In this document: in pieces, positions 58,495 to 64,000 of the stretch
Position numbering within the stretch: position 1 is the stretch's first letter
Layout: every line of letters starts with the position of its first letter
Assembly: GCA_950097015.1 (NCBI GenBank)
Contig: CATNEN010000005.1
Location: 2,976,001 to 3,040,000 of the forward strand
Reading direction: 5' to 3'
DNA length: 64,000 nucleotides
Source of the DNA: Macrostomum hystrix
Taxonomy: Eukaryota > Animalia > Platyhelminthes
Program-made: the position numbers and the translations under genes
The notes under the pieces: model-generated
What the model saw: the letters and a program-made list of their open reading frames with translations, nothing else
Databases searched by the model: none
Told to the model about the DNA's origin: nothing

Positions 58495-61400
58495 ATGAAT
58501 AGCATAGCTGAAGGCGGTAGTCCAGTAGATAATTGGGCCATGATGGATGACAATGCTGGCCTAGTTACAGTTGCTAAGCACTCTGTGCACTGGTTTAGAA
58601 AAGATCTACGCCTACACGATAATGCCTCACTGTTAGCTGGGGCCAGGCAGGCCAGTAGTGTGCGCTGTGTTTTCATTTTAGATTATTGCATCGAACGGCA
58701 ATCTAAATATTCTACCAGCGTTAGCAACAACAAATGGCGCTTCCTATTAGATAGTTTGCGCGATCTTGATGAATCACTGCGACGCCTCGGCTCCAGACTG
58801 TTGGTGGCGAGAGGCCAACCATTAGAAGTGTTTAGAAGGCTATTACCTCAGTGGGGTTGCACGCATTTGAGCTTCGAAGAGGACTGCACACCATTGGGAA
58901 GAGAGCGAGATGCTTCTGTAACAAGGCTGGCACACGAACTGGGCATCACTGTCCTACGGGGCTACACTCAGACACTGTACAGCCAGGAGGCCCTCATGCA
59001 GGCATGTTGCTTTGCTTTGAATCAATTTATCTTATCTACCTCTCTCCTTATTTGTACTGTCACCTTCTCTCCTTATCTGTCCTGTCACCTTCTCTCCTAA
59101 TCTGTCCTGTCACCTTCTCTCCTTATCTGTCCTGTCACCTTCTCTCCTTATCTGTCCTGTCACCTTCTCTCCTAATCTGTCCTGTCACCTTCTCTCCTTA
59201 TCTGTCCTGTCACCTTCTCTCCTAATCTGTCCTGTCACCTTCTCTCCTTATCTGTCCTGTCACCTTCTCTCCTTATCTGTCCTGTCACCTCTCCTTATCT
59301 GTCCTGTCACCTTCTCTCCCCATCAGTCCTGTCACCTCTCTCCATCAGTCCTGTCACCTTCTCTCTCCATCAGTCCTGTCACATTCTCTCGTGTCTTGTC
59401 ATTTATCCTCTTATTTATCGTTGATATATATTTGCACTGTGAATTCTAAGTGCTAACAATCATCCTAACCCAATGAATCCATCAATGCCCACCTTGGCAG
59501 TCAGCTGGCGGCAGCCTGCCATTGACATTCGCCAAATTTCATCAGCTTCTTGCTGCTGTCGGCCCTCCGTCTCTGCCCTGTCCCAGCCTGCAGGACGAAA
59601 TGGCCTCTCTGCCGCCGCCGCAGCTATTTCAGCCAAATCAGCAGCAGCAGTCGCCAATGCCATTTAATAGTCAACATTTTGGTAGTCGCAGAAAGCCAAG
59701 TTATCGAACTTATTCTGCCCAAAAAAGTCGCACCGATTACTATAGTAATTTAATAGACGAAGATTCGTTTAATGTGCCAACACTGACCGAATTAGGCATT
59801 GAAACTCAGCAGCAGCAGCAGCAACCCAAGCCTGTACTAATCCGAGGCGGTGAAACTGAGGCTCTAGCCCGCCTGTCACGTCACATTGAGCGAAGATCCT
59901 GGGTGGCAACTTACGGTGAACGGCCGCGTTACCAGACTCAGCTATTAATGCCGTCTGGCACCTGCCTATCAGCTCACCTGGCTTTCGGTTGCCTATCGCC
60001 TAAGTTAGTCTACGCCCAACTAACCGATTTATATCGCAAACTCAAAGGCCCCGGTATTGTCTCGCCTCCGTTGCATATCTATGGCGAGTTATTATGGCGC
60101 GAGTATCTGTACTTGACAGCCTACGATAATCCGAATTTCGATCGAATAGCTAGCAATCCGATGTGTCTGCCGATTCCTTGGCGGAGAGATCAGCCATTGC
60201 TTGATGCTTGGTCCAACGGCCAAACTGGGGTGCCTTGGATCGATGCGATCATGGCGCAGATTCGTCTGGAAGGTTGGACGCACACATATTGTCGGTATTC
60301 TGCTGTGGCCTTCTTAACTAGAGGCCACCTGTTTCAGGTTAGCAAGAGTGGCTATACTTATTTAAAAAATTCAAAATTTCTTCAGATTTTAAACAAAAAA
60401 TCATTATATATCACTCTATTTTCCGATAATTTTAATATATCACATATTTATACCGATAATCCTAAAATATCCCACTTTTATTTCGATAATTCGCGCGTGT
60501 CCAATATTGTTGCCTTAGATATCACATATTTTTTCCGATAACCCTGAGGTATCCCATTTCAATCCGATAATCCTGAGGTATTCCATTTTTTATATCGATA
60601 ACCCTGAGGTATCCCATTTCAATCCGATAATCCTGAGGTATTCCGTTTTTTATATCGATAACCCTGAGGTATCCCATTTCAATCCGATAATCCTGAGGTA
60701 TTCCGTTTTTTATTCCGATAATCCTGAGGTATCCCATATTTATACCGATAATTCTGAGATATCCCATATTTATTCCGATAATCCTGAGCTATCCCATATT
60801 TATTCCGATAATCCTGAGCTATCCCAGATTTATTCCGATAATCCTGAGCTATCCCATATTTATTCCGATAATCCTGAGGTATCCTGTATTTATATCGATA
60901 ATCGCAACATATCCTAATTTAATCCTGATTATATTTGACAATTATACTCCATTTTGTTGCTGATAATCCCATTAATTCCTTCTCGATAATCCTTAAAAAC
61001 CCTGTTTCGATTATGTTTGTCCTAGATATATCTTAATTTTATTGAAAATACTTCTAAAAACGTTAAAAACCCTTGTCACACCGAAAGACTTGGGAAGATG
61101 GCGCCAAACTATTCGACCAGCTGCTTATCGACTCAGAATGGCCAACCAACAACGGGCTCTGGCTGTGGATGTCTGGCAGTGCTTTCTTCCAACAGTTCAG
61201 CTGCACCTATTCGCCTGTGGCTGCGGGTAAAAAATTGGACCCTCAGGTGAGTTTTTAGATGTCAGAATTTTATTATCAGCTCGAATTCACCTAATCCTCT
61301 ACTCAAAATCCTAGTGATCCTCAAGTAACAGTTCTGATCCTTTAAATCCGCAAATTCTAATTGAGATCATCCTAATCCCTCAAATCCCAATCGAGATTAT

Positions 61401-63376
61401 CCTAATCCCTCAAGTTCCCAATCGAGATCATCCTAATCCCTCAAGTTACCAATCGAGATCATCCTAATCCCTCAAATCCCAATCGAGATCATCCTAATCC
61501 CTCAAATCCCAATCGAGATCATCCTAATCCCTCAAATCCCAATCGAGATTATCCTAATCCCTCAAGTTCCCAATCGAGATTATCCTAATCCCTTAAGTTC
61601 CCAATTGAGATCATCCTAATCCCTCAAGTTCCCAATCGAGATCATCCTAATCCCTCAAGTTACCAATCGAGATCATCCTATTCCCTCAAGTTCCCAATCG
61701 AGATCATCCTATTCCCTCAAGTTCCCAATCGAGATCATCCTAATCCCTCAAGTTACCAATCGAGATCATCCTATTCCCTCAAGTTAACAATCGAGATCAT
61801 CCTATTCCCTCAAGTTACCAATCGAGATCATCCTATTCCCTCAAGTTACCAATCGAGATCATCCTAATCCCTCAAGTTCCCAATCGAGATCATCCTATTC
61901 CCTCAAGTTCCCAATCGAGATCATCCTAATCCCTCAAGTTACCAATCGAGATCATCCTATTCCCTCAAGTTAACAATCGAGATCATCCTATTCCCTCAAG
62001 TTCCCAATCGAGATCATCCTATTCCCTCAAGTTACCAATCGAGATCATCCTATTCCCTCAAGTTCCCAATCGAGATCATCCTATTCCCTCAAGTTCCCAA
62101 TCGAGATCATCCTAATCCCTCAAGTTACCAATCGAGATCATCCTATTCCCTCAAGTTAACAATCGAGATCATCCTATTCCCTCAAGTTCCCAATCGAGAT
62201 CATCCTATTCCCTCAAGTTCCCAATCGAGATCATCCTATTCCCTCAAGTTCCCAATCGAGATCATCCTAATCCCTCAAGTTCCCAATCGAGATCATCCTA
62301 TTCCCTCAAGTTCCCAATCGAGATCATCCTAATCCCTCAAGTTACCAATCGAGATCATCCTATTCCCTCAAGTTAACAATCGAGATCATCCTATTCCCTC
62401 AAGTTCCCAATCGAGATCATCCTATTCCCTCAAGTTCCCAATCGAGATCATCCTATTCCCTCAAGTTCCCAATCGAGATCATCCTAATCCCTCAAGTTAC
62501 CAATCGAGATCATCCTATTCCCTCAAGTTAACAATCGAGATCATCCTATTCCCTCAAGTTCCCAATCGAGATCATCCTATTCCCTCAAGTTCCCAATCGA
62601 GATCATCCTATTCCCTCAAGTTCCCAATCGAGATCATCCTATTCCCTCAAGTTCCCAATCGAGATCATCCTATTCCCTCAAGTTCCCAATCGAGATCATC
62701 CTATTCCCTCAAGTTTCCAATCGAGATTATCCTAAATCGCTCAAATCCCAATCGAGATCATCCTAATCCCTCAAATCCCAATCGAGATCATCCTAATCCC
62801 TCAAATCCCAATTGCGATCATCCTAAGCCCTTAAATCCCAATGATCTTTTGATTCTCAAATCCCAATTGATGTTACCTATTTTCCCAACCACAAAATCAA
62901 GCCACTATTCTCTAAACACTGATGAGATCCTCAAAGTTCGCACCTAATAGGGCGACTTCATTCGTCATTACCTGCCGCGATTGTCTCGCCTGCCTATTCG
63001 CTACCTGCACGAGCCCTGGCTAGCTCCCCTGGCTGTACAGGAGGCTGCCTGTTGCTTATTGGGACGCGATTATCCCAATCCGCTGATCCCTGATCTGGAC
63101 GCGGCTGCGCGAGATTGCGCCACTCGCCTGCGAGCTACTTACGCTGCCCTCCTAGCTCAAGCTGCTCAGCCTGCGTCCGTTGCCGCCTCCGCCGCTGCCG
63201 CCGCTTCTGCCAGAGCCATCCCGCCATCGTTAACTCCGAGACCACAGTCACAGCAGCAGCAGCAGCAGCAATTTTCATTTTTAGACCGGCCGAATCTTCT
63301 TGATGACGATCATTTCGTATTGGACATGCTGGCCTCGCCAAGTAATGACGAAGACGATGTTTCACTAGTTGGCTAA
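58495..63376 (+). CDS. CRY: Cryptochrome, divergent mammalian-type (CRY-m/CRY2-like), 4 exons, 642 aa
   Basis: Exons 58495-59001, 59501-60337, 61088-61246, 62951-63376, all phase 0. VHWFRKDLRLHDN, WRFLLDSLRDLD, GGETEALARLSRHIERRSWVA, LTDLYRKLK..SPPLHIYGELLWRE, GQTGVPWIDAIM, FFQQF and DPQGDFIRHYLP match CRY-m best. Confidence 0.93.
59040..59390. repeat. 25-bp minisatellite CTGTCCTGTCACCTTCTCTCCTTAT in CRY intron 1
   Basis: Tandem units starting ~40 nt after the donor. Confidence 0.92.
60530..60900. repeat. 29-31-bp minisatellite GTATCCCATTTCAATCCGATAATCCTGAG in CRY intron 2
   Basis: Tandem units with a ~60-bp dimer structure. Confidence 0.9.
61365..62840. repeat. 31-bp minisatellite ATCGAGATCATCCT(A/T)ATCCCTCAAGTTCCCA, ~47 copies, in CRY intron 3
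   Basis: Tandem units. Confidence 0.96.
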
Positions 63377-63439
63377 TCATTTTTAGTTTGATTGTACACG
63401 CACAATTAGTTACAAGTAGAACAATAGTGAATTGTCACC

Positions 63440-63930
63440 TGTAGGTTCTGAGATTTTTTAAGAATAAAGACCTGCAGTTCTGTAGGTTTTTTTTAAATAA
63501 AGAACTTCACTTTTGTAGGTTTTTTGACGAATGAAGACCTTTAGTTTGGCAGTTTGGTAGGTTTGTCGGGGAATAAAGACTTGCAGTTTTGTAGGTTTAT
63601 TGACGAATAAAGACCTGTAGTTTGTAAGTTTAATGGTGTATAAAGACCTGTAGTTTTGTAAGTTTATTGATGAATAAAGACCTGTAGTTTTGTAAGTTTA
63701 TTGATGATTAAAGACCTGCAGTTTTGTAAGTTTAATGTTGTATAAAGACCTGTAGTTTTATAAGTTTATTGACGAATAAAGACCTGTAGTTTGTAAGTTT
63801 AATGGTGTATAAAGACCTGTAGTTTTGTAAGTTTATTGATGAATAAAGACCTGCAGTTTGTAAGTTTATTGATGAATAAAGACCTGCAGTTTGTAAGTTT
63901 ATTGATGAATAAAGACCTGCAGTTTTGGAT
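63440..63930 (+). repeat. 33-34-bp array GTAAGTTTATTGATGAATAAAGACCTG(C/T)AGTTT(T) downstream of the CRY stop
   Basis: About 14 units, nine with AATAAA. Confidence 0.9.
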
Positions 63931-64000
63931 GTTTTTTGTATTGATGGACACTCGAAACTTTTGCAGTTTTTTATGGTTCTTGTGTTTAGTTGTTGACTGA

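Noticed and set aside
58495-63376. Calling the gene a (6-4) photolyase or Drosophila-type CRY
   Set aside because: Both catalytic His positions are substituted, and RLSRHIERRSWVA, LTDLYRK..SPPL and FFQQF follow the mammalian-type pattern; Asn rather than Cys is at the N393 position.
34628-63930. CRISPR-like appearance of the 29-34-bp repeats
   Set aside because: Units are head-to-tail with no unique spacers, there are no cas genes, and the context is eukaryotic introns.

Overview
Eukaryotic (invertebrate metazoan) genomic DNA in the standard genetic code. GC-rich exons sit among AT-rich introns and spacers, and roughly a third of the window is micro/minisatellite arrays. Seven complete spliced or single-exon gene models can be built by hand with consistent intron phases: a universal stress protein (-), EB1/MAPRE (-), LAMTOR4 (-), SLC7A6OS/Iwr1 (-), ARL14EP (+), ARGLU1 (-) and a divergent mammalian-type cryptochrome (+). 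There is also the probable last exon of a GPCR and a few orphan exon candidates. Mobile DNA includes a minisatellite-carrying hAT MITE family, a Harbinger MITE, a Mutator/hAT-like MITE, a foldback element, a tRNA-derived CORE-SINE family and non-LTR retrotransposon relics. Most long ORFs in the supplied track are artefacts of tandem repeats. The most interesting signals are: (1) intronic arrays whose units read GT...AG on the sense strand and form ladders of AG|GT junctions, one starting exactly at intron position +1; (2) an array downstream of the cryptochrome stop whose units contain AATAAA and mostly also GTAAGT; (3) a candidate poison exon plus hairpins in the ARGLU1 intron that appears homologous to the human autoregulated intron; (4) a cryptochrome with a remodelled flavin pocket; (5) a splice acceptor 4-44 nt upstream of every start codon (5'UTR introns or SL trans-splicing). 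PolyQ/polyA-rich exons, USP and minisatellite-laden introns would fit a free-living flatworm such as Macrostomum, but that is inference only. All gene models and family calls were made by eye without database searches.
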